Numbered from the stretch's first letter, positions 1 to 10,547 are shown. The stretch: DNA of 64,000 nucleotides from an uncultured Acidimicrobiia bacterium (GCA_963836205.1 CAWIIV010000015.1:320001-384000), one strand, 5' to 3'. Numbers and translations: made by a program. The notes: a model not told the origin generated them from the letters alone.

Positions 1-260
1 TTGAACGTCACCACCCGCACCGACTGCACGAACCGGGCCGGACCGGGACGGTAGATGTCCCACACCCAGGCGTCGCGCAGGCGCAGCTCGAGGTGGTTGC
101 GGGCGTCGCCGTCGTGCTCGGTGAGCTCCACCGAGTTGGCCAGGTAGAACCGCCGTTCGGTCTCGACCACGTACGAGAACAGCGGGAGGACGTCGCGGTA
201 CTCCTTGTACAGCTGGAGTTCCATCTCGGTCTCGTAGCGTTCGAGGTCCTCTTCGCTCAT
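1..260 (-). CDS. DUF2469 family protein (runs off the left edge)
   Basis: Manual minus-strand translation MSEEDLERYETEMELQLYKEYRDVLPLFSYVVETERRFYLAN...DAWVWDIYRP; usual position after lepB in actinobacteria. Confidence 0.9.
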   Translation of the reverse strand, partial: MSEEDLERYETEMELQLYKEYRDVLPLFSYVVETERRFYLANSVELTEHDGDARNHLELRLRDAWVWDIYRPGPARFVQSVRVVTF

Positions 261-294
261 GCCCGCAGTGTACGAGGGGGCTGCCCTCTACCGG

Positions 295-972
295 CTACAA
301 GAACGCCCAGTCGGGAATCGGCCAGAGCTTCACGAAGGCGCGGCCGACGACGTCGGACTCGGGGATGGGACCGAACACGCGGCTGTCGGACGAGTTCTCC
401 CGGTTGTCGCCCATCACCCACAACTGCCCCTCGCCCAGCACCACCGGTGGAAAGTCGCGGGTGGTGGGACCCTGGGGCAGGTAGGGCTCGACCAGCTCCC
501 GGCCGTCGACGAACACCCGCCCGCCACGGCCCTCGACCCTCTCCCCGGGCAGGGCGATCACCCGCTTGATGTACTCCTCGGTGGACGGCGTCGACAGGCC
601 GATGGACTCGAGGATGCCCTTGACGATCTTGTTCGGCAGCGGCCGGTCGTCCTTGACGTCGGGCTGGTTGGGCGCGTCGAAGACGACGATGTCGCCCCGG
701 TTGGGATCGTGGATGCGGTAGGCGATCTTGGACACGACCACCCGGTCGCCCACGTTCAACTGCGGGATCATCGACCCCGACGGGATGAAGAAGGCCTGGG
801 CGACGAAGGTCTTGATGAGAAACGCTATGAGCATCGCCGTGCCCACCAGCACCACCGCCTCGCGCAACAGCCGGCCGGAAGCGGACACACGGTCGCGCGC
901 CTGGAGGTTGGACTGGTTCGTCAGACCCACATTGTCGGCCTTGTCGGGGCCCGCCATGTCGGGGCCAGCCAT
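295..972 (-). CDS. lepB: Signal peptidase I
   Basis: IPSGSMIPQL (catalytic Ser), YIKRVI (catalytic Lys), MGDNRENSSDSR; start uncertain. Confidence 0.95.
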   Translation of the reverse strand: MAGPDMAGPDKADNVGLTNQSNLQARDRVSASGRLLREAVVLVGTAMLIAFLIKTFVAQAFFIPSGSMIPQLNVGDRVVVSKIAYRIHDPNRGDIVVFDAPNQPDVKDDRPLPNKIVKGILESIGLSTPSTEEYIKRVIALPGERVEGRGGRVFVDGRELVEPYLPQGPTTRDFPPVVLGEGQLWVMGDNRENSSDSRVFGPIPESDVVGRAFVKLWPIPDWAFL

Positions 973-1008
973 ATCTGGGTCGGGGCGGGGATCAGGAGCG
1001 GTGGCGGC

Positions 1009-1359
1009 TCAGCGAGCCGTGCGCTTCTCCTTGATCTTGGCCGCCTTCCCCGTGAGGTCACGGAGGTAGTAGAGCTTGGCCCGGCGAACGTCGCCCATGG
1101 TGACCAGCTCGATGCGGGACAGGATGGGCGAGTGGACGGGGAACGTGCGTTCCACGCCGACGCCGAAGCTCACCTTGCGGACGGTGAAGGTCTCCCGGAT
1201 ACCGGACCCCTGGCGGCGGATGACCGCCCCCTGGAAGACCTGCACCCGCTCCCGGTTTCCCTCGACCACGCGCACGTGGACCTTGACGGTGTCGCCCGGT
1301 CCGAAGACCGGGATGTCGTCGCGCAGGCCGTCGCGATCGATGATGTCGGTGGGGTTCAT
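1009..1359 (-). CDS. rplS: 50S ribosomal protein L19
   Basis: MNPTDIID...[23 protein letters not shown]...[12 protein letters not shown]. Confidence 0.97.
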   Translation of the reverse strand: MNPTDIIDRDGLRDDIPVFGPGDTVKVHVRVVEGNRERVQVFQGAVIRRQGSGIRETFTVRKVSFGVGVERTFPVHSPILSRIELVTMGDVRRAKLYYLRDLTGKAAKIKEKRTAR

Positions 1360-2126
1360 GGCGCGAACGGCTCCTGAGCAGGGTTTCCCGGGTCGGCACC
1401 AGGATAGCCCAGGCCAAACATCTCCAGCAGGGCCTCCTCGTCGGCCGTCAGGCCGCCCCGCGCCGCCAGCAGGTCGGGCCGGTTGGCCCGGGTGCGGGCC
1501 AGGGCCTGGGCGTGGCGCCACCGGGCGATGCGGCCGTGGTCGCCCGAGCGGAGGACCTCGGGGACGGGCCATCCCCGGAACTCGCCCGGGCGGGTGTACT
1601 GCGGGTATTCGAGCAGGCCGGAGGTGAACGACTCGTCGCCGGCCGACGCCTCGTTGCCCATGACGCCCGGCACCAGCCGGGTGACGGCCTCCACCACCAC
1701 GAACGCCGCCGCCTCCCCCCCCGCGAGGACGTAGTCGCCGATCGAGAGCTCGCCGTCGACCAGGTGGCGGCGGACCCGCTCGTCGACCCCCTCGTAGCGC
1801 CCGCACAGCAGCGAGAAGCCGGGGGACGCGGCCAGCCCGGCGGCCAGGTCCTGGTCGAAGGGGCGCCCTCCCGGGTCGAGCAGGAACAAGGGCCGGGGCG
1901 GCTGCACCGCCTCCACCGCCGCGAAGACGGGCTCGGGCGCCAGGACCATCCCCGGGCCCCCGCCGAAGGGCGAATCGTCGACCGAGCGGTGGCGGTCGGT
2001 GGTGAAGTCCCGCAGGTCGTGGACCCGTACGTCGAGCACCGCCCGCTCCCGCGCCCGCCCCAGCAGACTGCCCGACAGGGCCGGCTCCAGGATCTGGGGC
2101 AGGACGGTGAACACGTCGATCCTCAT
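1356..2126 (-). CDS. trmD: tRNA (guanine37-N1)-methyltransferase
   Basis: [43 protein letters not shown]. Confidence 0.97.
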   Translation of the reverse strand: MRIDVFTVLPQILEPALSGSLLGRARERAVLDVRVHDLRDFTTDRHRSVDDSPFGGGPGMVLAPEPVFAAVEAVQPPRPLFLLDPGGRPFDQDLAAGLAASPGFSLLCGRYEGVDERVRRHLVDGELSIGDYVLAGGEAAAFVVVEAVTRLVPGVMGNEASAGDESFTSGLLEYPQYTRPGEFRGWPVPEVLRSGDHGRIARWRHAQALARTRANRPDLLAARGGLTADEEALLEMFGLGYPGADPGNPAQEPFAP

Positions 2127-2299
2127 GGCCGCATCGCCGCCACTCTGGACCTAAGAAAGGTTCCGTGCATCACTGCCCCCAAAACCGCGCTCGGCTTGCT
2201 AGTTTGTGCGCCACATCAAACGGCTCAGCCTCAGGTCGTCTTGTACGTGCTGGGGACTCCTGACCGTCACCTCCCGGCGGAGGGGCGGGACGGAAGGAG

Positions 2300-3475
2300 G
2301 TGAAATACATGCAGACAGAGAGCAATCGATCGTTCGTCAAGGCCACGCTGGCCGTTGCGGCCGGGATCGTGGCGGTGTTGGCGATGATGATCTTCGGGTC
2401 GTCGAGCGCCTACGCCGACGCGACCAGCGGCGACTCCGGCGACTCCGGGAACACCGGTGACGCCTTTGCCCTGGGCGAGGCCGGAAGTGGGGCCGCGTCC
2501 GGCGCCTCTGCCGGGTCCAACTCCGGTTCGGGCGGCAGCGGCGGCGCCTCCAACATCATCATCGTCGGCGTCGCCGGCGGTGACGGTGGCAGCGGCGGGG
2601 CGGCCATCTCGGCGGCGGCCGGCGGCGGCCCGGCGGCCAACACCGGCACCGGCATCGCAGTCGGTGGCCCCAGCGTCGCACTCAGCGAGAGCAACGGGGG
2701 CGACGGGGGCGACGTCACGGTCAACGTGAGCCCGACGGCCACCTCCGGAAGCTCGGGGGCGGCATCGTCGCAGTCCAGCGCCACCAACAGCGGTGACACC
2801 GGCGACGCCACGTCGAGCGCCACCTCGTCGCCAGTCGCCATCTCCGGCGACTCCGGTTCCACCGGGAACACCGGGGCGGCGACGTCCAACCCCACTGCCG
2901 TCAACACCGGCATCCTGGGGGCGGCCATCGCCATCGGCGGTGACGCGACGTCCGGCAACTCGGGCAGCTCCGGCTCTACCGGCGACGCTGTCGCGGTCGG
3001 CTTCGCCGACAGCGCGGCCAACTCGGGGGTCGGGGCCAACTCGGTCGCCCGGTCGGGTAACACCGGCTCGGTGAACAACCTCATCGGCGTCTTCGCCGTC
3101 GGGGGTGACGGTGGCAACGGAGGAGTCTCCGTAGCCATCGCCGGTCCGGGTGGTCCGGCTGTGAACCTGTTGGGGCCCGGCATCGCCATCGGCGGGCCGA
3201 GCGTCAGCCTCAGTGAGGCCAACGGGGGCGACGCAGGCAACGTGACCGTCACCGCTAGCCCGGTGGCGACATCCGGGCATTCCGGTGCGAGCACGGCGCA
3301 ATCCAGCGCCACCAACTCGGGCAACACCGGTAACGCCAACTCCACGTCCGTGGGCTCGCCCCACGCGACGACAGGTAACTCGGGCGGCACTGGCTCCTCG
3401 GGGCCGGCATCGTCCAGTCCCACGGCAACCAACACCGCACTCCTGCTGGGCTTCGCCATAGCGTTCGACCCGTAA
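2300..3475 (+). CDS. Secreted Gly/Ser/Ala/Asn-rich protein with two ~175-aa tandem repeats
   Basis: Strong RBS (GGAGGTG), Sec signal peptide ending AYA, repeat copies starting at 2417 and 2942. Confidence 0.75.
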   Translation: MKYMQTESNRSFVKATLAVAAGIVAVLAMMIFGSSSAYADATSGDSGDSGNTGDAFALGEAGSGAASGASAGSNSGSGGSGGASNIIIVGVAGGDGGSGGAAISAAAGGGPAANTGTGIAVGGPSVALSESNGGDGGDVTVNVSPTATSGSSGAASSQSSATNSGDTGDATSSATSSPVAISGDSGSTGNTGAATSNPTAVNTGILGAAIAIGGDATSGNSGSSGSTGDAVAVGFADSAANSGVGANSVARSGNTGSVNNLIGVFAVGGDGGNGGVSVAIAGPGGPAVNLLGPGIAIGGPSVSLSEANGGDAGNVTVTASPVATSGHSGASTAQSSATNSGNTGNANSTSVGSPHATTGNSGGTGSSGPASSSPTATNTALLLGFAIAFDP

Positions 3476-3501
3476 AGGTCGAAATCAAGAACGTGCAGCA
3501 A

Positions 3502-3534
3502 GACGGAGGCCTCCTTGTGACGGGGGCCTCCGTC
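3502..3534. terminator. GC-rich hairpin between convergent genes
   Basis: gacggaggcctcc-N7-gggggcctccgtc. Confidence 0.7.
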
Positions 3535-3551
3535 GCGTTCCGCCTTCGGAT

Positions 3552-4631
3552 TCAGCCGGCGGACGGTTCTCCGCTGCCGAAGGCGATGACCTCGCCGTCG
3601 CAGCCCACCGACACGTGGGTGCGGTCGGGTGGCAGGTTGGCGGCGGTGCCCCTCGCCACCAGGTCGGTGCCGTCGGGCAGGGTGACGCGGGCGAGGGCGT
3701 CGTGGCCGAAGTATTGGCGGTCGTGGAGGACGGCTCCGGCCACCGGGCTCGGGGCCAGGCGGACCTGCTCGGGACGCACCACCACGTGGACGGGACCGGC
3801 GGCGGCGTCACTCCGGCATTCGAGCACCCCCAGGGCACACGACACCTTGCCCTCCCCCACCACCTCGCCCTCGAGGACGTTGGCGTCGCCCACGAACCGG
3901 GCCACCCACAGATCGGCCGGGTTGCGGTAGATCTCGTCCGGGCTGCCGCACTGCACCACCCGGCCGGCCCGCATCACCGCCACCGTGTCGGCCGTCGACA
4001 GGGCCTCCTCCTGGTCGTGGGTGACGAACATGGCGGTGGCCCCCGACGCCCGCAGGATGCGGCGGACCTCGGTGCGGATGGTGACCCGCAGGGCGGCGTC
4101 GAGGTTGGCGAAGGGCTCGTCGAGCAGGACGACCGACGGCGCCGGGGCCAGGGCCCGGGCCAGCGCCACCCGCTGCTGCTGGCCGCCGGAAAGCTCGTGG
4201 GGCATGCGCCCGCCCAGTCCGGGGAGGCCGGCCAGCTCGAGCATGGCCTGCACCCGGGCGGCCCGTTCGGGTCCCCGGGGCAGCCCGAAGCCGACGTTGG
4301 CGGCCACCGACAGGTGGGGGAAGAGGGCCTGGTCCTGGGGGACGATGCCCACCCGGCGGCGCTCGGGGGGGACGTGGACGCCGGGGCCGGCCACCACCCG
4401 TCCTCCGACCGACACCGTCCCCTCGTCGAGGCGCTCGAAGCCGGCGACCGTGCGCAGCAGGGTGGTCTTCCCGCAGCCCGAGGGCCCCAGGACGGCGGTG
4501 AGGGTGCCCGCCTCCACCGACAGGTCGGCCCCGTCGAGGGCGGTGACGGGCCCGAACGCCTTGCGGGCCCCGCTGATGTCGACGCCGAGGGCCAGCACCC
4601 CGTGTACCCCCTGCACCCCGTCGCCGCTCAT
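3552..4631 (-). CDS. Fe(III) ABC transporter ATP-binding subunit (FbpC-like)
   Basis: GPSGCGKT, LSGGQQQRVALAR, LLDEPF, C-terminal TOBE-like region. Confidence 0.92.
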   Translation of the reverse strand: MSGDGVQGVHGVLALGVDISGARKAFGPVTALDGADLSVEAGTLTAVLGPSGCGKTTLLRTVAGFERLDEGTVSVGGRVVAGPGVHVPPERRRVGIVPQDQALFPHLSVAANVGFGLPRGPERAARVQAMLELAGLPGLGGRMPHELSGGQQQRVALARALAPAPSVVLLDEPFANLDAALRVTIRTEVRRILRASGATAMFVTHDQEEALSTADTVAVMRAGRVVQCGSPDEIYRNPADLWVARFVGDANVLEGEVVGEGKVSCALGVLECRSDAAAGPVHVVVRPEQVRLAPSPVAGAVLHDRQYFGHDALARVTLPDGTDLVARGTAANLPPDRTHVSVGCDGEVIAFGSGEPSAG

Positions 4632-6217
4632 GTGGCCGCCTGCCGTCCGAGGCGGCGGGACAGCAGCCAGGTGGGCACGGCCGCCGCCATGACCAGCACG
4701 GCCGATGGCACCGCGGCGTCGCCGTAGGCCCCGATCGACGTGGCCGACCACACCCGGGTGGCGAGCGTCTCGAAGCCGGTCGGTCCGAGGAGGAGGGTGG
4801 CCGGCAGCTCCTTCATGCACGTGAGGAAAACCAGCGCGGTGCCGGCGGCGACGCCGGGGGCCAGCAGCGGCGCCGTCACCGTGCGCAGCACGCCGAGGGG
4901 CCGCTTGCCCAGGGAGCGGGCGACCTCGTCGAGGGCGGGAGACGCCTGCATGGCCGACGAGTAGACGGCGCTCACCGCCAGCGGCAGGAACAGGACGAGG
5001 TAGGCGAACACCAGCACGGGCAGCCTCTGGTAGAGGGAAGTCAGGTAGCGCGCCGAGAAGAACACCAGCGACAGCGCCACCACGATACCGGGCAGGGCGT
5101 GGCCCACGTAGGCCGACCGCTCCACCACCGATGCCAGCCGGCTGCGGTGGCGGGCGGCCAGCAGGGCCACCGGGATGGCGGCGGCCCCCGTCACCAGCGC
5201 CCCCAGTCCCGACGCCACCAGCGAACCCCCCGCCGCCCGCCACACCCGGGCCATGTCGACGTCGGCCTGCACGCTGTCGACCAGCCAGCGGACGAGGGTG
5301 GCGAAGGGGACGCCGAGGGCGAGCACGGCCACGGTCGCCGGCACCGCCAGCGCCCACCACCGGGCCCGTCCCAACGGGGCGACGCGGGGCGGACGGTTGG
5401 CCCCTGGCCCGCTGGCGTAGTAGCGGGCCCGGCCCCGGGTACGGGCCTCGGCCGTCACCACCACGAGGGTCACCGCCAGCAGCAGGCAGCCCAGGACGGC
5501 CGCCGGGGTGCGGTCGAAGCTCGACTGGTACGCCTGGTAGATCACCCGGGTGAAGCTGTCGAAGCGCAGGATCGACACCGCCCCGAAATCGGACAGGGAG
5601 TAGAGAAAAACGAGCAGACCCCCGGTGGCGATCGCCGGCCGCAGCTGGGGCAGCGTCACCAGCCGGAACGTGGCCGCGGCGGTGTTGCCCAGCGACCGCG
5701 AGACCTCCTCGAACGACGGGTCGATGCGCTCCAGCGACGCCGCCACCGGCAGGAAGACGTAGGGGTAGGAGAGCAGGGTGAGGACCACGAACGCCCCCCG
5801 GAAGCCGGTGAGCCACGGGAACACCGAGAGGTAGGCGAATGCGCCCACGTAGCTGGGAACGGCCAGGGGCAGCGCCGCCACCACCCGCCACGCCCGCCGG
5901 CCGGGCAGGTCGCAACGCACGGTGAGCCAGGCGAGGGCGACGCCGATCACGGCCGAGGCCAGGGTGACGGCGGTGGCCAGGCCCAGGCTGCGGGCCAGCA
6001 GGCGCGCCGTCTTCTCCGTGACAAGGGTGTCGGCCACCGCCGTCCACCCGCCCTCCCCCGCCCGCACCAGCAGGTAGCCCACCGGTAGGAGCGCGACCAT
6101 CGCCACTGCGCACCCGGCCAGGGCCAGCCCCGCCGGCGGCCGGCGCCGGCCGGGCCGCCGCTTCCGGGCGGCGGGCGGGAAGGCCTCGGGGAGGGCGGCC
6201 GGCGTGGGCGCGGCCAC
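4628..6217 (-). CDS. Fe(III) ABC transporter permease (FbpB-like)
   Basis: Many TM segments, two EAA-like loops (EEVSRSLG, DEVARSLG); start approximate. Confidence 0.9.
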   Translation of the reverse strand: MAAPTPAALPEAFPPAARKRRPGRRRPPAGLALAGCAVAMVALLPVGYLLVRAGEGGWTAVADTLVTEKTARLLARSLGLATAVTLASAVIGVALAWLTVRCDLPGRRAWRVVAALPLAVPSYVGAFAYLSVFPWLTGFRGAFVVLTLLSYPYVFLPVAASLERIDPSFEEVSRSLGNTAAATFRLVTLPQLRPAIATGGLLVFLYSLSDFGAVSILRFDSFTRVIYQAYQSSFDRTPAAVLGCLLLAVTLVVVTAEARTRGRARYYASGPGANRPPRVAPLGRARWWALAVPATVAVLALGVPFATLVRWLVDSVQADVDMARVWRAAGGSLVASGLGALVTGAAAIPVALLAARHRSRLASVVERSAYVGHALPGIVVALSLVFFSARYLTSLYQRLPVLVFAYLVLFLPLAVSAVYSSAMQASPALDEVARSLGKRPLGVLRTVTAPLLAPGVAAGTALVFLTCMKELPATLLLGPTGFETLATRVWSATSIGAYGDAAVPSAVLVMAAAVPTWLLSRRLGRQAAT

Positions 6218-6228
6218 GGACGATCGGC

Positions 6229-7257
6229 TCAGAGGATCCCCGCCTCCTGGAGCATGTCGAGGGTCGTGTCGAGGTCGGAGAGGTCGGAGAGGTCGATGTC
6301 GGGGCTCTGGATGTCGGACAGCTTGGGCAGGCTGGGGAGGGGCTTGACCCCGGCCGCCAGCGGGAACTCGAAGTTCCTCTCGGCGAAGAACCGCTGGGCG
6401 TTCTCCCCCAGCAGGAAGTTGACGAACTGGGCCGCCTCCGCCTGGTGCTCGGCCGACTTGAGCACACCGACGCCGGCCACGTTGATCAGCGCCCCGGGGT
6501 CGCCGTTCAGCGTGAAGTGGTTGCGGGCCACCATCTTGTCCTCGCCGATCTCGTTGGCGAGCTGGTACCAGTAGTAGTGGTTGATGAGGCCGAGGTCGAT
6601 CTCGCCGTCGTTCACCGCCTTCAGGATGAGGGCGTTGTCGTTGTAGGTCTTGGCCCCGTTGTCCTTGAGCCCCTGGATGAACTGGCGGGTGCGGTCGTCG
6701 CCCGCCTGCACCCGCATGGCGGTGAGGAAGGCCAGGAACGAGCCGTTGGTGGGGGCGATGCCCACCCGGCCCTTCCACTTCGGGTCGTTGACGGCGAAGA
6801 CGTCGGTGGGCACCTCGGCGTCGGGCACGTTCTTGCTGTTGGCCACGATCACCCGGGCCCGGCCGGTGGCACCGATCCAGTCCCCGTCCTCGGCCCGGTA
6901 CCGGGGCTCGACCTTGGCCAGGACGTCGGCCGGCAGGGGGGCGAACAGGCCCCGGGCGTCGACCGCCCCGAGGGCGCTCGCGTCCTGGGCGAAGAAGATG
7001 TCGGCCGGCGAGTTCGACCCCTCCTCCGAGATCTGGGCCGCCAGCTCGGGCGTGGCGCCGTAGCGGACGTTGACCTTGATCCCCGTCTCCTCGGTGAACT
7101 CGTCGATCACCGGCTGGATCTGCACCTCGGCCCGCCCCGAGTAGAGGGTGAGGGTCTTGGAGTCGGACGAGCCGCCGCACGCCCCGGCCGCCAGGGCGAG
7201 GGCGACGGCGATGGCGGCTGCGACGAGGACGGGCGTGCGGCGGCGGGAGGAAGGCAC
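6229..7257 (-). CDS. Fe(III) ABC transporter substrate-binding lipoprotein (FbpA/FutA-like)
   Basis: Lipobox AGAC, LYSGR, SPADIF, INHYYWY. Confidence 0.9.
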   Translation of the reverse strand: MPSSRRRTPVLVAAAIAVALALAAGACGGSSDSKTLTLYSGRAEVQIQPVIDEFTEETGIKVNVRYGATPELAAQISEEGSNSPADIFFAQDASALGAVDARGLFAPLPADVLAKVEPRYRAEDGDWIGATGRARVIVANSKNVPDAEVPTDVFAVNDPKWKGRVGIAPTNGSFLAFLTAMRVQAGDDRTRQFIQGLKDNGAKTYNDNALILKAVNDGEIDLGLINHYYWYQLANEIGEDKMVARNHFTLNGDPGALINVAGVGVLKSAEHQAEAAQFVNFLLGENAQRFFAERNFEFPLAAGVKPLPSLPKLSDIQSPDIDLSDLSDLDTTLDMLQEAGIL

Positions 7258-7374
7258 GATGGTCGATGTCTCCAGGTCAGGGGCAGTAGGGGCGGTAGTA
7301 GGTGGACCTAATAACAGCGTAGAGGCCTGCCTGACTGCAATACCCGGCGCCAGGGCGACGGTACCGTCGGCAGG

Positions 7375-8337
7375 ATGTCGGCGATCGATGTCGGCACCGG
7401 CACCGGCTCCCGGGTGCTGGTCGGCACCTGCTCCTGGACCGACGCCACCCTGGTCAAAGAGACCGAGTGGTACCCGAAGCGCTCGATGACCGCGGCCGAG
7501 CGGCTGGCCTACTACGGGGCCCGGTTCCCCCTGGTGGAGGTGGACAGCACCTACTACTTCCCCCCCACCCCCGAGCTGGCCGCGGCCTGGGTCGAGCGCA
7601 CGCCGGCCGGCTTCACCATGAACATCAAGGCGTGGTCGCTGCTCACCGGCCACCCCACGTTCCCCGACTCCCTGTGGCCCGACCTCCAGTCGGAGGTGCC
7701 GGCGGAGCACCGGGGCAAGCGCCGGCTGTACGCCAAGCACCTCCCGGCGGACGTCATGGACGAGGCGTGGGACCGCTTCCGCCACTCCCTCGGCCCGCTC
7801 CAGGCGGCGGGGAAGCTGGGGGCGGTGCTGTTCCAGTACCCCCGGTGGTTCGGCCCCCGCGACGCCCACCGGGCCGACATCTCCGACGCCGTGCGCCGCC
7901 TGGAGGGCATCCGGGTGTGCGTGGAGTTCCGCCACGCCCGCTGGCTGGAAGGGGGCGACTGCGAGTCGACCCTCTCGCTGCTGGAGGAGCTGGGGGCGTC
8001 GTTCGTGTGCGTCGACGAGCCGTCCGGATTCGCGTCGTCGATGCCGCCGGTGGTGGCGGCCACGTCGGGGCTCGCCGTGGTCCGCTTCCACGGCCGCAAC
8101 CAGGCCACCTGGGAAGGACCGGTGCCGAGCGCGGCCGAGCGCTTCCGATACCTCTACACACCCCACGAGCTGGCAGAATGGGTCCCCCGGATCCGGGAGC
8201 TGGCGGCGACGGCCGACGAAGTCCACGTTCTCATGAACAACTGCTGGCGGGACTACGCGGTGGTCAACGCAGCCCAGATCGCCGACCTGCTTCAGGTCGC
8301 CTCGCCGGTGTCGGAGCCGCTCACCGCCGATCCGTGA
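7375..8337 (+). CDS. DUF72 family protein
   Basis: VGTCSW, VEVDSTYY, LFQYP, VRFHGRN, YLYT. Confidence 0.9.
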   Translation: MSAIDVGTGTGSRVLVGTCSWTDATLVKETEWYPKRSMTAAERLAYYGARFPLVEVDSTYYFPPTPELAAAWVERTPAGFTMNIKAWSLLTGHPTFPDSLWPDLQSEVPAEHRGKRRLYAKHLPADVMDEAWDRFRHSLGPLQAAGKLGAVLFQYPRWFGPRDAHRADISDAVRRLEGIRVCVEFRHARWLEGGDCESTLSLLEELGASFVCVDEPSGFASSMPPVVAATSGLAVVRFHGRNQATWEGPVPSAAERFRYLYTPHELAEWVPRIRELAATADEVHVLMNNCWRDYAVVNAAQIADLLQVASPVSEPLTADP

Positions 8338-8696
8338 TGCACGACCATGGCCCACTCGCCGGCCGGATCGCGGGTGAAGACGTTGAAGGCGGACACGGTC
8401 GTGGCGCTGCCGGTGTCCAGGATGTTCTCGTCGACCGCCACCCAGCCGGTGTCGCCCACCACCTCGGCCGACTCGTTGGTGAGGATGAACTGGAGCCGCT
8501 GGGCGTTCTGGAACAGGGCGAAGAAGGAGGCCGCCACCTGCCCCCATCCCTGGAGCCGGGCCCAGCCGGGGTGGGTGCAGAGGACCCGGTCGGAGTGCTC
8601 CCACAGCTGCGACATGGCGTCGAGGTCGCGCTCCTCGAAGGCGGCGTAGAAGGCAGCGTTGGCGGCGAGGACGCCGTCGATGTCAGTGGATGTCAT
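8292..8696 (-). CDS. SnoaL/NTF2-like protein
   Basis: AANAAFYAAFEERDLDAM...CTHPGW...WAMVVHHGS. Confidence 0.85.
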   Translation of the reverse strand: MTSTDIDGVLAANAAFYAAFEERDLDAMSQLWEHSDRVLCTHPGWARLQGWGQVAASFFALFQNAQRLQFILTNESAEVVGDTGWVAVDENILDTGSATTVSAFNVFTRDPAGEWAMVVHHGSAVSGSDTGEAT

Positions 8697-8738
8697 CGGC
8701 CCGGGGACCATATCCGCTCCGCTGTAGCGTCCCCTGAC

Positions 8739-9566
8739 GTGCGCCTCGTACCCTCCTCCGACGGGGTGGAGGTGGCGGTCCACGACCTCGGCGGCGACGG
8801 TCCGCCGCTGGTGCTGGTGCACGCCACCGGGTTCTGCGGGGGGACGCTGGCGCCGATGGCCCGGGCCCTGGGCGAGTCGTTCCACGCCTGGGCGGTCGAC
8901 GTGCGGGGCCACGGGCGTTCGGTGACACCCGACGGCCTCGACTTCCGGTGGACGGGCTTCGCCGACGACGTGCTGGCCGTGGTCGACGGGTTGGGGCTGG
9001 AGGGGGCGTTCGGGTTCGGCCACTCGTCGGGCGGGGCGGCCGTGCTTGATGCCGAGGCCCGCCGGCCGGGGACCTTCCGGTCGCTCTACGTGTACGAGCC
9101 GATCCTGTGGCCCACTCCCCCGCCCCCGGCCATCCGTGACGTGATGGTCGAGGGGGCGCTGCGCCGGCGCGACCGGTTCCCGTCGCGGGAGGAGGCCCGG
9201 GCCAACTTCGCGGCCAAGCGGCCGTTCTCCGGGTTCTCGGTGGACGCCTTGGACGCCTACCTCGGGTGCGCCTTCGAGGCGGAGGAGGACGGGTCGCTGT
9301 GGCTGCGCTGCCGGGGGGAGTGGGAGGCCGCCATCTACCGCCGGGGCGTCGTCCACGACGGCTTCACCCGCCTGGGCCTGGTTTCGTGCCCCGTCGTGGT
9401 CGCGTCCGGCGATCGGGGCGAGGCCCTCGACCCCGAGGTCATCGTGGCCCAGGCCGCGGCCCTGCCGTCGTCCCGGTCGGAGACCTTCCCCGCCCTCGGC
9501 CACCTCGGCCCGATGGAGGACCCTCGGCGCGTGGCCGAGTCGGTCCGCAACGCCTTCGCCGTCTGA
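8739..9566 (+). CDS. Alpha/beta hydrolase
   Basis: HATGF, DVRGHG, GHSSGG nucleophile elbow, GHLGPME. Confidence 0.88.
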   Translation: MRLVPSSDGVEVAVHDLGGDGPPLVLVHATGFCGGTLAPMARALGESFHAWAVDVRGHGRSVTPDGLDFRWTGFADDVLAVVDGLGLEGAFGFGHSSGGAAVLDAEARRPGTFRSLYVYEPILWPTPPPPAIRDVMVEGALRRRDRFPSREEARANFAAKRPFSGFSVDALDAYLGCAFEAEEDGSLWLRCRGEWEAAIYRRGVVHDGFTRLGLVSCPVVVASGDRGEALDPEVIVAQAAALPSSRSETFPALGHLGPMEDPRRVAESVRNAFAV

Positions 9567-9655
9567 ACTGCCAGCCGACCGGCACGCGCCGCGGAACTCG
9601 TCGGGCGGGCGAAGTATCCACGTGGCTGTCGTAGGGCATCGGTAGCCTCTGGTCG

Positions 9656-10498
9656 ATGGCCTTGCCGTTGCCCACGTCGCTGTCGCCCTCCAAGGTGGCG
9701 TCGTTCAAGGACTGCGCCCTCGCGTTCCGGTTCTCGGCCATCGACCGGGTCCCCGAGCCGCCGTCGGCGCCCGCCACCAAAGGCACGCTCGTCCACCGCA
9801 CCCTCGAGCTCCTGTTCTGCGAGCCGGCCGAGGAGCGCACCGTCCCCACCGCCCTCGCCTGCCTCGACCGGGCCACGGAGGAGATCGAGACCGATCCCGA
9901 GTTCACCGGCCTCCACCTCGAGCCCGAGGCCAGGGCCGACTTCGTGGCCGACGCCGAGGCCCTGGTCCGCCGCTACTTCCGCCTCGAAGACCCCCGCACC
10001 ATCCGCCCTATCGGGCTCGAGCTCATGCTGGAGGCCAAGGTCGGCACCCTCACCCTGCGGGGCATCATCGACCGCCTCGAGCTCGACGACGACGGCGGGC
10101 TGGTCGTCACCGACTACAAGTCCGGCGCCGTGCCCCGCGTCACCTACGAGCAGAGCAAGCTCGGCGGCGTCCACTTCTACGCCTTCCTGTGCGAGCAGGT
10201 CCTGGGCCGGCGGCCGTCGAAGATCCAGCTCCTCTATCTGTCGGAGCCGGTGGCCATCGTGGCCGAGCCGTCCGACCAGTCGATCCGGGGCCTCCAGCAG
10301 CGCACGTCGGCCATCTGGACCGCGGTGGAGAAGGCCTGTGAGCGGGAGGACTTCCGGCCCCACCCGTCCCGCCTGTGCGACTGGTGCTCGTTCAAGGCCT
10401 ACTGCCCGGCGTTCGGCGGCGACCCCGCACTGGCCCCCTTGGCCCGGGCGCAGTCCACCGCCACGCCCGTCGTCCTCACGCCCACGCCCACCGGCTGA
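9656..10498 (+). CDS. RecB-family PD-(D/E)XK exonuclease
   Basis: LSPS...C, GTLVH, GIIDRL, DYKSG, CDWCSFKAYC. Confidence 0.9.
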   Translation: MALPLPTSLSPSKVASFKDCALAFRFSAIDRVPEPPSAPATKGTLVHRTLELLFCEPAEERTVPTALACLDRATEEIETDPEFTGLHLEPEARADFVADAEALVRRYFRLEDPRTIRPIGLELMLEAKVGTLTLRGIIDRLELDDDGGLVVTDYKSGAVPRVTYEQSKLGGVHFYAFLCEQVLGRRPSKIQLLYLSEPVAIVAEPSDQSIRGLQQRTSAIWTAVEKACEREDFRPHPSRLCDWCSFKAYCPAFGGDPALAPLARAQSTATPVVLTPTPTG

Positions 10499-10547
10499 GC
10501 GCCCCCGCCGGGCGGGGCGGTCCGGTCCCGCTACGGTGCACGCCAAC

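Noticed and set aside
2127-2299. Possible riboswitch before the secreted repeat protein
   Set aside because: No c-di-AMP, c-di-GMP or cobalamin consensus recognised.
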